From positions 14,773 through 78,772 of the forward strand of contig CAXNCS010000002.1 of NCBI GenBank assembly GCA_964201005.1: DNA of 64,000 nt. The letters run 5' to 3'. The DNA is from Myxococcota bacterium (GTDB lineage Bacteria > Myxococcota_A > UBA9042). Under the pieces are notes generated by a model, which saw nothing but the letters and a program-made list of their open reading frames with translations, searched no databases and was not told where the DNA came from. This document shows positions 42,701-51,325 of this stretch, one piece after another. Position numbers and translations under genes: made by a program. The stretch's first letter is position 1. Each line of letters opens with the position of its first letter.

Positions 42701-44431
42701 ATGACCGACCAAGCCCCCAGCGCTGATCGCCAACCGCGTCGCCCAGTTGCGTCTTCTTGGCTGCTGCTGGCTCTGTTGGCGGTGGGCTACGCTTGGCTGT
42801 TTCCGTGGTCCGAGCGGATCAACAACCCCAATGAGATGGTGCGCGTCTACATGGCCCGGGCCATCGCCGAGCACGGCACGTACGCCATTGGCCGGCGCGA
42901 GGTCGTCCGGGGCGAATCGCGCGACACCGGGCCGATCTACAGCACCTGGGGCTACGTAAACGACAAAGCCCTGACCTGCGACGATCCCACCGCGAAGCGC
43001 CCGGACTGCAACGGCACGCTGTACGCGGGCAAGGCCCCGGGGCTGTCGCAGCTCGGCGCGGTGCCCCTGTGGATGCAGCTGCAATTGTGGCGTTTGGCCG
43101 GCCAGGATGCGCCGAGCAAGGCGGCGATGGTCTGGTGGCTGCGGCTCTGGACGGCGGTCATCCCGTCCATTCTCGCGTGGTTCTGGCTGTTCCGCACCTT
43201 GCCAAAGCGCTTGGATCGCCCAGAGATCGGCGTGGCCGCGGTGTTGGCCGGCGCGTTTGGCTCGCTGTCTCTCACCTACGGGCAGATGTTCGCCGGCCAT
43301 CAGCTGGCGGGGCTGGCGCTCCTGCTGGCTTTTGCCGCTCTGCAGCGCGCCGGGTCCAGCGGGCATGGCCCTTGGCTGGCGGTGGCCGGTTTTGGCTCGG
43401 CAGCGGCGGCCTGGATCGAATTCCCGGCTGGTCCTGCGGGCATCGTGCTCTTTGCGTGGGCTCTGCTCAGGCGCCACCGGCCAAGCGATCTGCTCTGGTT
43501 GGGGGGCGGTGCGGCCTTGCCCGTCGCGGCCTTGGGCCATTTCAACGCCCGGGCCTTTGGCGCGCCCTGGAAGCTGCCCTACGGCTTCCTGGAGAATCCC
43601 GATTTTGTCCGCGACATTGCCCCCGGAGTGTTTGGCATCCACCTGCCCAACGCAGAAAAGCTCGTGGGATCGCTGATCTCCCCCTACACAGGCCTCTATT
43701 TCTGGGCACCCTGGGTGGCCCTGACTTGGCTGGGGATCGCCGCAGTTCGCCGCCGCTACGCAGAGCCTCAAGCAACTGAATCTCAAGGCGGTTTCTGGTT
43801 CAGCCGCCGCGCTGATGCCCTGGTTGCCTGGGGTGTTGTGCTGTACTTTGTGGCGTTCCAGTGCTCGCACAGCCTCTGGCGCGGCGGTTGGGTCGTCGGC
43901 CCGCGCTATATCACCGCGCTGGTGCCCTTTGCCGCGATCGCCACCGCCCACGGCATCGACGCCCTTCGCGGTCCGGCCCAGCGCATAGCCCTGATCGTGC
44001 TCGGCATTTCTGGAGCGGTCGCCATCGCCATCACCGGGGCTGCCACCGCCGTCAGTCAGGGCTTCCCCTTTGAAGTCTACAATCCCCTTGCAGAAGTCGT
44101 CGGCCCCCTGCTGAGCCGCGGCTGGGTCTGGTCGAGCCCGCCGTACTGGTTGGGCATGCCGCTGATGGCCGCCGCCCTGCCCTGGTTCGCCGCCCTGGCG
44201 CTGGCCGCAGCCTGGCTGATCTGGGCCAGTTCGAGCGCCACTAGCGGGTCGCGCCGCAGCGTGATCACGGCAGGCATGGCCCTGATCGCCGCGGCATGGG
44301 TCGCAGGCCTGTGGGCCATCCCCCCGCACCGCGGCACCCAAGACATTGATAAGACCAATAGTTTCCTCACCGACTCCTGGTGGCCGAGTTCGCCGCGCGG
44401 CCCAAAGCCCGTGACCCTGGCGCCGCCGTAG
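42701..44431 (+). CDS. GT-C-fold membrane glycosyltransferase-like protein (ArnT/PMT/arabinosyltransferase-like)
   Basis: ATG 42701 (GTG 42692 is possible). There are about 12 TM helices. The first periplasmic loop NNPNEMVRVYMARAIAEHG resembles the (D/N)E..Y..A......G loop of GT-C enzymes, and YAGKAPGLS is a typical second motif. The 682-aa minus ORF over it is an antisense shadow. Confidence 0.6.
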   Translation: MTDQAPSADRQPRRPVASSWLLLALLAVGYAWLFPWSERINNPNEMVRVYMARAIAEHGTYAIGRREVVRGESRDTGPIYSTWGYVNDKALTCDDPTAKRPDCNGTLYAGKAPGLSQLGAVPLWMQLQLWRLAGQDAPSKAAMVWWLRLWTAVIPSILAWFWLFRTLPKRLDRPEIGVAAVLAGAFGSLSLTYGQMFAGHQLAGLALLLAFAALQRAGSSGHGPWLAVAGFGSAAAAWIEFPAGPAGIVLFAWALLRRHRPSDLLWLGGGAALPVAALGHFNARAFGAPWKLPYGFLENPDFVRDIAPGVFGIHLPNAEKLVGSLISPYTGLYFWAPWVALTWLGIAAVRRRYAEPQATESQGGFWFSRRADALVAWGVVLYFVAFQCSHSLWRGGWVVGPRYITALVPFAAIATAHGIDALRGPAQRIALIVLGISGAVAIAITGAATAVSQGFPFEVYNPLAEVVGPLLSRGWVWSSPPYWLGMPLMAAALPWFAALALAAAWLIWASSSATSGSRRSVITAGMALIAAAWVAGLWAIPPHRGTQDIDKTNSFLTDSWWPSSPRGPKPVTLAPP

Positions 44432-44461
44432 AAAAAAAGCGCGGCACTGGCCTTGGGGGGC

Positions 44462-44490
44462 TTGCATACCCGGGCGAGCATCGCTAAGAT
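44462..44490 (+). promoter_or_regulatory. candidate sigma70 promoter for tRNA-Ala
   Basis: TTGCAT (44462-44467), a 17-nt spacer, then TAAGAT (44485-44490), about 58 nt upstream of the tRNA 5' end. Confidence 0.35.
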
Positions 44491-44547
44491 GCGCCACGTC
44501 AGACGGCAACGCCGAATGACAACTGAGAGCGCCGACGTCGCCTTCGC

Positions 44548-44623
44548 GGGGATGTAGCTCAGCTGGGAGAGTACCTGAATGGCATTCAGGGGGTCACGGG
44601 TTCGATCCCCGTCATCTCCACCA
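44548..44623 (+). tRNA. tRNA-Ala: tRNA-Ala, anticodon GGC, CCA encoded
   Basis: The cloverleaf folds by hand. Acceptor stem GGGGATG/CATCTCC includes the G3:U70 alanine identity pair. D-arm is GCTC AGCTGGGA GAGT. The anticodon stem CCTGA/TCAGG carries loop AT-GGC-AT. The T-arm is ACGGG TTCGATC CCCGT. The 3' end is ACCA. Confidence 0.95.
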
Positions 44624-44651
44624 GCCTCGGTGACCCGACGCCTCACGCAGA

Positions 44652-44678
44652 CCCCGGTCCTCACGGACTGGGGTTTTT
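44652..44678 (+). terminator. rho-independent terminator after tRNA-Ala
   Basis: CCCCGGTCC-TCAC-GGACTGGGG (9-bp stem with one G:U pair) is followed by TTTTT, and a second TTTTT occurs 5 nt later. Confidence 0.6.
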
Positions 44679-44755
44679 GCGTTTTTGCGGCAGTTTTTCG
44701 CGGACGTCCAAAGCACGCGGACGCGCGTGTGGAGCGGGTCGCTGCAGCGAATGCT

Positions 44756-46234
44756 TCAACCGTCCAGGTGAATCCTCTGTTTGCCGCAGTAGACATTGCC
44801 CTGGCCGTTGCGCAAGAAGCCGACCAGGGTCATGCCGGCGCGGTCCGCGAGGTCGATCGCCAGCGACGTCGGCGCGCCCACCGCAGCGACCGTCGCCACG
44901 CCCGCCGCAAGGGCCTTCTGCACCAGCTCAAAGCCGGCGCGACCGGACAGCAACAGCACCGCCGGCCGGTTCGACAGTTGGTAGCGCAACCACGCCCGGC
45001 CCAACACTTTGTCCACCGCGTTGTGGCGGCCGACATCTTCGTCCACCGCGATCAGCTGGCCCCCAAGGTCCACCAGCGCCGCGGCGTGCAGGCCCCCCGT
45101 CATGGCAAACCCCGGCTGAGCGCTGCGCAAAAGCTCCGGCCAATGCCGCAGCTTAGACCACGCGACCTGCCCCTCCTGATCGTGAAGAGAGCGGCGATCT
45201 TCCAGCAAGTGATCCACCGCCGCGGCACCGCAGACTCCGCAAGACGCGGTGGCGTGAAAGACCCTGCGGATCTTCGCCCAAGGCACCGCCAGGCCCGGTC
45301 GCAGATCGGCGCGGAGGACATTGCCGTCCCCTTGGGGGTAAAGACCCAGCATATCTTCGGGCTCGCGGACAATTCCCGCGGCCAGCAGCCAACCTGCCGC
45401 CAGATCGCGGTCTTGCCCCGGGGTGCGCAGCGTCACCCCCGCGGACTCGGTGCGGCGGCGGCCAATCGGGCCAAATTGTATGCGGATTTCAAGCGGTTCT
45501 TCGGTGGCGACCTGGTCGATCTCGCCCGCCCAGCTGTGCTCTTGAACCCGCCACCGCTGTGCGGGCAGGACGGCCAGCGGCAAGCCCGGCTCTTGGGGCA
45601 AGCGCAGCAGGTCGGCGCGGCTGTCCACGCGGATGACTTCGGCGTGCCAATTCGCCGGCAGTGGCCGCGGTCGCGCCGCCAAATCGCCCAGCAGACGCCA
45701 GAGCGAGCGCTGATCGCGGTCTAGGGCCCGCTGCACCAGCGGCAGAGCCTCCACCCGCACCAGCATGGGCAGGGGTTGCCAACCTTCGGCCTTGTCGGCC
45801 AGGGCGGCATCGCCAAATGCACAAGCTAAATCCTGGTTTTCGAGACTCTCTATGAGCTGAGCCAGCCACTCTGCACGCAGGCCCTGGGTATCGCAAGAGA
45901 GCAGCAGGCCGCCCTGGAGCCCCATCGCCTGGGCGCGAATCAGCAGCGCCTCCAGCCCCGCCAGCGGCCCAAGCCCCGGCCGAAAGTCGACCAGCGCCTC
46001 CAGGGAGAATTCGGCATATCGATCGGCGCGATCGGCCAGGATGATCGCGGGACTGCCCAGGCGCCGAGCCAGATCGACCACATGGCTGATCAGCGGCCGG
46101 CCGCGCCACAGGGCCCGCGCTTTGTCGGTGATGAACCGCGACGAGCGACCACCCGCTAGGACGCCGAGGAGCCACGGCGCACCGACCAGCGCCTTGGCGT
46201 CAGGCGGCGTATCGAGCGGATCAGCGGCGATCAC
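44756..46234 (-). CDS. fdhD: MobA-like molybdenum-cofactor guanylyltransferase fused to FdhD sulfurtransferase
   Basis: The N-terminal ~200 aa are MobA-like (GVLAGGRSSRF..DKARA..GRPLISHV, GLGPLAGLEA, LLLSCDT). The C-terminal ~270 aa are FdhD (TEEPLEIRI, ATASCGVCG, TGGLHAAAL, EDVGRHNAVDK, LLLSGRAGFELVQKA, VAAVGAPTSLAI). It is one uninterrupted frame. Confidence 0.85.
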   Translation of the reverse strand: MIAADPLDTPPDAKALVGAPWLLGVLAGGRSSRFITDKARALWRGRPLISHVVDLARRLGSPAIILADRADRYAEFSLEALVDFRPGLGPLAGLEALLIRAQAMGLQGGLLLSCDTQGLRAEWLAQLIESLENQDLACAFGDAALADKAEGWQPLPMLVRVEALPLVQRALDRDQRSLWRLLGDLAARPRPLPANWHAEVIRVDSRADLLRLPQEPGLPLAVLPAQRWRVQEHSWAGEIDQVATEEPLEIRIQFGPIGRRRTESAGVTLRTPGQDRDLAAGWLLAAGIVREPEDMLGLYPQGDGNVLRADLRPGLAVPWAKIRRVFHATASCGVCGAAAVDHLLEDRRSLHDQEGQVAWSKLRHWPELLRSAQPGFAMTGGLHAAALVDLGGQLIAVDEDVGRHNAVDKVLGRAWLRYQLSNRPAVLLLSGRAGFELVQKALAAGVATVAAVGAPTSLAIDLADRAGMTLVGFLRNGQGNVYCGKQRIHLDG

Positions 46235-46236
46235 GG

Positions 46237-47187
46237 CTACAGTTTGCAGTCGGCCGGCATCGATTCGACCTTGGGCGCGGCGAATTCCGCCGAGAGGCAG
46301 ACGGAGGGCTTGCCCTTCTCATCTTGGCACTTGTACTGCAATTCCCCAAACATCACCAAGAGTTCCTTGAGGTTGGTGAAGTTCTTGTTGCAGCCCTTGC
46401 AGCACTCTGTACAGAACGCGGGGGGCTCTCCGGCGACATTGCTGGGGCTGGGGTAGCCGGCAAAACCGGGGTCGGGTACGCCGCAAGCTTCTGCAGGCTT
46501 GCCACCCACCGTCAGGCAAGTGCAGGTACCGTCAAGCGAATCCTTGGGAATCGACGCCTGAATCAGGTTGCCCTTGCCAATCGCGCCGCAACCTGGAGCA
46601 ATCTCAGCCTCAAACAAGACGTTGCGCACCGGAATTGAATGCGGCACTTCAAGACCGGTCGTACAATTCTTTGGATTTGCAGATGTCCCGGCGTAGACGT
46701 TGAGCGCGGTGGGCAGCAAGTTCTTGATCTTGCAACCGTCGCGCTTCATGGTCACGACGTTGCTGGTCACCGGCAGGGTGCACACCGCGCCGGCCGCGTC
46801 GATGCGCGCGCCATTGACGATGCGCAGCTGGAACTCGCCGGGCGTGACATCTTGGATCTCTATGAAGAAGTTGAGCTCTTTCTTGTCGATGTCGCCCTTC
46901 CACAGCGGGTTGAGGGTGCCGATGACCAAGTGCTCCGCGTTGCCGTCCAGGGACTTGATCTGCAGGTTGTCAAAGCGGAACACCATGCCCTTTTTCAAGC
47001 AGCCGCAGTCGTCGGCGCTCGCCGTGCTGTCGCTGGGCAGAGCTACGTCTTGGACGATATCCGCGCCGGGCAAAGGGTTTGGGCTCTCATCCACAGGATT
47101 GCCGCTCAGCTTGACGCCGCACGCCGAACTCATCAGCGCCAAAGCTAATCCCAGGCCCCACCGCGCACCGCTGTTCCGTACCGCCAT
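46237..47187 (-). CDS. hypothetical lipoprotein with Cys-rich C-terminus
   Basis: MAVRNSGARWGLGLALALMSSACG carries a lipobox. The body is beta-rich and the tail reads FCTECCKGCNKNF. Its stop lies 2 nt before the mobA-fdhD start, so co-transcription is likely. Confidence 0.65.
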   Translation of the reverse strand: MAVRNSGARWGLGLALALMSSACGVKLSGNPVDESPNPLPGADIVQDVALPSDSTASADDCGCLKKGMVFRFDNLQIKSLDGNAEHLVIGTLNPLWKGDIDKKELNFFIEIQDVTPGEFQLRIVNGARIDAAGAVCTLPVTSNVVTMKRDGCKIKNLLPTALNVYAGTSANPKNCTTGLEVPHSIPVRNVLFEAEIAPGCGAIGKGNLIQASIPKDSLDGTCTCLTVGGKPAEACGVPDPGFAGYPSPSNVAGEPPAFCTECCKGCNKNFTNLKELLVMFGELQYKCQDEKGKPSVCLSAEFAAPKVESMPADCKL

Positions 47188-47388
47188 CGCCGCCTCCCAC
47201 CTTGCCCGCTGCCCACATGAGTGCCCGGATTCCAGATTGATCGTCCCGCCCGTTGCAGTCTTGCGCGAAAATCAAGCGCCGTCTATGGTCTGCGACAATG
47301 GAATTTTATGCGCCAACGGCGCCAGCGGAACCTGGGGGATGGCATGGAGACTCGGCGCAGAATCGGCAAGACGGTACGCCAGGGCGGA

Positions 47389-48828
47389 ATGCGCCGGGTG
47401 ATTGCGGCGGTGACGGCGGGCATTGGGCTAACAACTGCGCTTGCGAGCTCCGCTTTTTCTGCAGGCTTTGAGATTCCGGGCAACAGCACGGCAGCGGTGG
47501 GCCGCGGCACAGCCTTTGCGGTGAGCGCCGATGACGGCACCGCGGTCGCCTACAACCCCGGGGCACTGAGTCGGCAAAAGGGCACGCGGCTGCAGTGGTC
47601 GCAGCAGGCGCTGTGGGCCCATGAGACCTTTACCCGCGGCCCAAGTGCCTATAAGCAGGGCAATGTCTCCGGCACGGACCCCGCGTATGCCCGGCAGCCT
47701 TCAGAGAATCAAACGCCGCTGTTTCCGCTGGGGGCCTTCTTGGTCGCGAGCAGCGACTTTGGCCTCGAAGATTGGACCTTTGCTATCGCGGGCTATGGTC
47801 CATCGGCGATCGGCAACAAGGAATTCGACGTCATGGGCGGCCAGCGCTACATGCTGACCAAGCTGGATGCGCTCATGGCCTACGCCAGCGCCGCGGTCGC
47901 GTGGGGCAAGAAGGACCGCTTTGGCATCGGCGCGACCTTGCAGTACGCCGCCATGCCCAAGACCCACCTCTCGCTGGTGGTCGATGGCGCGACGGGCGGG
48001 GCGGCCAACCCCTACTACGCCGGCAACGACGTGGTGGCGACGATCAAACTCAAGGACATGGCTGCGTTTTCTGCCATTGTCGGCGGCTGGCTGCGCCTGA
48101 GCGAGCGGCTGGAGATCGCCTTTAGCAGCCGGGTCATGCCGGTCGAGTTCAACGCCACCGGGGATCTGAGCCTCGCCAATGACAAAGCTGGCGCCGGCGC
48201 CGAGTTCAAGGCGGAAAAAATTGTCGTCAGCAACAGCACTTCCGCGATGACCATGAAGATCGCCCCCACGGCGACGCTGGGCGCGCGCTACCGCGGTCTG
48301 GATGCCACGGGCGCGGAGAAATGGGACGCTGAGGTCAACGTGGTGTGGGAAGGCTGGAGCGTGATTGACGCCTATGACGTCAAAAATGGCGGGATGATCA
48401 ACCTCTTTGCCGCCCAGCCGTCGCCGGATGTGACCATTCAGAAGCGCTGGCGCAACACCTGGTCGGTGCGGGCGGGTGGCTCAGCGGAGGTGGCGAAGGG
48501 CCTCAAGGTGTCCCTGGGCGGCTACTGGGAACAGGGCGCCGTTCCGCAGAACTACGAGCACTTGGACTTCCCCAGCTTTGACCGCTTGGGCGTGGGGACG
48601 GGCGTGCGCTGGCAGGGCGAGAACCTGCAGCTGGGTCTGAGCTACGCGCATGTCTTCCAGGAAACCCGCGAAGTTTCAGAGCTTTACGGCAAGGTCTTCC
48701 AGGAGCGTCCGCTGGCGCCTTGCACCGATACCGCCAACTGCGCAGGGCTGAGCCCAGTGCCGGTCAACAACGGCACTTTTGAAACCGGCTACGACCAGTT
48801 GAGCGCCACAGTCGGCTATAAGTTCTAG
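47389..48828 (+). CDS. FadL/OMPP1-family outer-membrane transport protein
   Basis: ORF 47221..48828 trimmed to MRRVIAAVTAGIGLTTALASSAFSA (alternative ATG 47344). The mature N-terminus GFEIPGNSTAAVGRGTAFAV..AYNPGAL is the FadL/TodX hatch motif. Alternating beta-strands follow. The C-terminal YKF is an OMP terminus. Confidence 0.75.
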   Translation: MRRVIAAVTAGIGLTTALASSAFSAGFEIPGNSTAAVGRGTAFAVSADDGTAVAYNPGALSRQKGTRLQWSQQALWAHETFTRGPSAYKQGNVSGTDPAYARQPSENQTPLFPLGAFLVASSDFGLEDWTFAIAGYGPSAIGNKEFDVMGGQRYMLTKLDALMAYASAAVAWGKKDRFGIGATLQYAAMPKTHLSLVVDGATGGAANPYYAGNDVVATIKLKDMAAFSAIVGGWLRLSERLEIAFSSRVMPVEFNATGDLSLANDKAGAGAEFKAEKIVVSNSTSAMTMKIAPTATLGARYRGLDATGAEKWDAEVNVVWEGWSVIDAYDVKNGGMINLFAAQPSPDVTIQKRWRNTWSVRAGGSAEVAKGLKVSLGGYWEQGAVPQNYEHLDFPSFDRLGVGTGVRWQGENLQLGLSYAHVFQETREVSELYGKVFQERPLAPCTDTANCAGLSPVPVNNGTFETGYDQLSATVGYKF

Positions 48829-48885
48829 GGGTTCTGCAGTCAGCGGCGGGGAGGGGCGCCGGCTCTCGGCTGTCCGCTGGGCCGT

Positions 48886-51144
48886 TCACTCCGCGGCTGG
48901 GCCAATGCCGCCGGTGGCCCGCCCAACCAGCTTTCGCAAACCCGGTGCGGCCGAAGGTTCTTCGCTCCAGCGCAGGGCCTCTTCGAGCAGTGATTGGCGC
49001 AGCGACACGGCCGAGCCCAATAAATCCAAAGCTTTACTCAGAGCGGTGGCCACGGCGCGGTCATTGCCAGCTCGGTGCTGCAGACGGGCGACGTCAGCCC
49101 ACAGGCGGCCAGCCACCAGCGCGGCCCCAGGCCCAACCGGCAAGCGAGCGGCGTCTTTCCAGCGCGCACAGGCCTGTTCCGCGTCGCCCAGCCACCAAAT
49201 GCACCAGCCTTCTGCGGCTACCGCCCCCGCCTCCACCCCTCGCCAGCCGCGCGATCGGGCAACCTGCGAGAAATACTGAAGCATTGTCTGAACTTCCGTC
49301 GCCCGCCCTTCACCGAGCAGCGCCGCGCAGCGCAACAACGCGCTTGGATCGATGCCTTCGGCCATCGCCCGCTGGTCGACGGTTTGCGGCACGCGGGCGG
49401 ACCACTGCTCCAGCGCGTCGTCTGGGGGCAGAAAAGCCACGGCGTCTGCGGGCAGGGACATCGCCGCGAGCAGCCAAATGAGGCCGGCCCAGCGCGCTTG
49501 CTCCAGATCGCCGTCCACGGCCAAGCGCTCCGCGGCGAGCTTTGCCAGCTTGACGGCCGTCGGGTAATCGCCGGTCAGCACAAGCAACTGCGCGACATCC
49601 AAGGCCCAAAGCAGCGCCAAGCGCGGCCGAACACAGCGCTGGGCCCTCTGGCTCGCTTGGGTCCACCAGGCCTGGGCCGCAGCGACATCCCCTTGGGCCA
49701 GCGCCAGCCAACCGCGCATCCTGGCGGCGTGGGCCGCGGACATCGGCGGGCGCGACGGATCGAGCATGGACGCGAGCTCGCCATCCCAGATCGCCGCCTG
49801 GTCAGGGTCGGTCAAGGCCTCCTGAGAGAGGCGCAGCCGCAGCCACAGCGCCAAAGGGGCCGCCGGAGCCCCCAAGCGGTCCAAGGTCCAGGCGAGGCCG
49901 GGCCAGCGCCGCTGCATTTCTGGGCGATCGCCGGCGTGGACGGCCACCAGGACCGCCAACACGTCAAACAGTGCGGCAACGGCAAAGCGGAATCCCGCGG
50001 CCTGGGTAATATTGCCCAGCAACTGACCTGCTTGGCCGGCTTCAGCGAGGCGCGAATGGTCAGCAGGTTGCGGCGGCACCACGGCCAAGCGTCCGGCTAG
50101 CTCAAGCCAAGGCCGCACGGCAGAACGCAATTGCTCAACGCCCGCGCAGCTAGTATCGACGAGATGGCCGAGGGCCGCCACGCCGTCGCGCACCACCTCA
50201 GGATCGATATTTGGCCTGAGTCCGTGCCACGCAACGCCCATCGACCAGGTTTGCACGGCGCTGCGACCGCTGTGATCGCCAGCGGGCTTGAGCGCCGGCA
50301 ACAGCCGCCATGGCCAGTCGGCGTGCTCGCGCTGCAGAGCTTGGCGCACTGCGGGGAGGCCGACGGCTTGCAGGCTATTGCTCCAAACCACTAGCTCGCC
50401 CCCAAGAAAGGCTAGGCCGCTCCTGAGCAATTGCCGATGGAGTTCAGGCGGGCACTGACTCTGGCCGGTCGCAGCCCTCAGCATGGCCTCGACGACTTCG
50501 CTGCGCTGAGCGGCGGCTACATCCGCGACTTTGGCCTGCAGGAGCTCCGCCAGAGCCCGCGCGGCCGCGGCATGCCAGCGATCCGCCGGCACCGGCAATA
50601 CGCCTTCGCCCAGGCCTTTGGCGACGACACCTTCCACGAGGTGCTCAAAATCGACAAGTGTATCAGAGAATTGCGCTAGTTCGTGCAGCTGGGCGGCGGC
50701 AATCCCGGCAAAGGCGAAGGGATGGTCGGGCTCGGCCAGCACCTCTTGCAGAGTCTCTGCGGCCACCTGCACCGACCGCGCATGGCGCTCCAAAGCCCGG
50801 CCATCGGCGGCTACACCTGCGGCGACCACCGCCTGGGCCGCGATCACGGCCATTCGGCCATCCACCGTGGCCTGGGCCGCATTGGCCGGCACGTCAGCCA
50901 CCACGGCGACGACGCGCCGCTGCCGGTCGCGATCGCGCCAATAGCGAGCCTGGCAGGCCGCCCACGGCACGGTTAGCGCCGCCGCGTCCAAACCAGCCGC
51001 AAGCAATTCCCCCAGTTTCTCTGCCTCTGCAAGGCTGGCGCTCGCCGGAAGCGGATAAGCACCGCCGGGCATCGCCAAGGAGCGTTCGCGCAGGGCCGAC
51101 AAGACCAGACCCATAGACTCCGCCGACAGTGCCAAGCTGGGCAC
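48886..51144 (-). CDS. large Ala/Leu-rich helical hypothetical protein with TPR-like C-terminal region
   Basis: Single 752-codon frame with a GTG at 51144 and the first ATG at 51114. It has no TM helix or signal peptide. The C-terminal third has TPR-like helices (LALAQGDVAAAQAWW, LTGDYPTAVKLAKLAAE, WWLGDAEQACARWKDAA). I recognise no catalytic motif. Confidence 0.55.
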   Translation of the reverse strand: MPSLALSAESMGLVLSALRERSLAMPGGAYPLPASASLAEAEKLGELLAAGLDAAALTVPWAACQARYWRDRDRQRRVVAVVADVPANAAQATVDGRMAVIAAQAVVAAGVAADGRALERHARSVQVAAETLQEVLAEPDHPFAFAGIAAAQLHELAQFSDTLVDFEHLVEGVVAKGLGEGVLPVPADRWHAAAARALAELLQAKVADVAAAQRSEVVEAMLRAATGQSQCPPELHRQLLRSGLAFLGGELVVWSNSLQAVGLPAVRQALQREHADWPWRLLPALKPAGDHSGRSAVQTWSMGVAWHGLRPNIDPEVVRDGVAALGHLVDTSCAGVEQLRSAVRPWLELAGRLAVVPPQPADHSRLAEAGQAGQLLGNITQAAGFRFAVAALFDVLAVLVAVHAGDRPEMQRRWPGLAWTLDRLGAPAAPLALWLRLRLSQEALTDPDQAAIWDGELASMLDPSRPPMSAAHAARMRGWLALAQGDVAAAQAWWTQASQRAQRCVRPRLALLWALDVAQLLVLTGDYPTAVKLAKLAAERLAVDGDLEQARWAGLIWLLAAMSLPADAVAFLPPDDALEQWSARVPQTVDQRAMAEGIDPSALLRCAALLGEGRATEVQTMLQYFSQVARSRGWRGVEAGAVAAEGWCIWWLGDAEQACARWKDAARLPVGPGAALVAGRLWADVARLQHRAGNDRAVATALSKALDLLGSAVSLRQSLLEEALRWSEEPSAAPGLRKLVGRATGGIGPAAE

Positions 51145-51325
51145 CGATCACTTGGCAGTGTCGCGCCATTGCGCTGTCACTGGCAAGGCATCGCCCATCG
51201 CCTCGCCGCCACAGGGCCGGAAGTCTTTACCAAATCCAATACTTATACCTGCCTTGACGCGGCGCGCTGGAGGCGTCCATGCTAGGGCCACCTGCGCAGC
51301 GTGCCGCCGGAGTGACAGTGTCGCC

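Noticed and set aside
42461-44509. 682-aa minus-strand ORF opposite the GT-C-like gene
   Set aside because: Its composition is Arg/Gly/Pro/Ala-rich with no hydrophobic pattern. The + frame gives about 12 clean TM helices and GT-C loop motifs. This is a typical GC-rich antisense ORF.
44432-46240. tRNA-Ala as a potential integration hotspot or genomic-island boundary
   Set aside because: There is no integrase, no excisionase, no direct repeat of the tRNA 3' end and no compositional shift downstream. The flanking genes are housekeeping-type.
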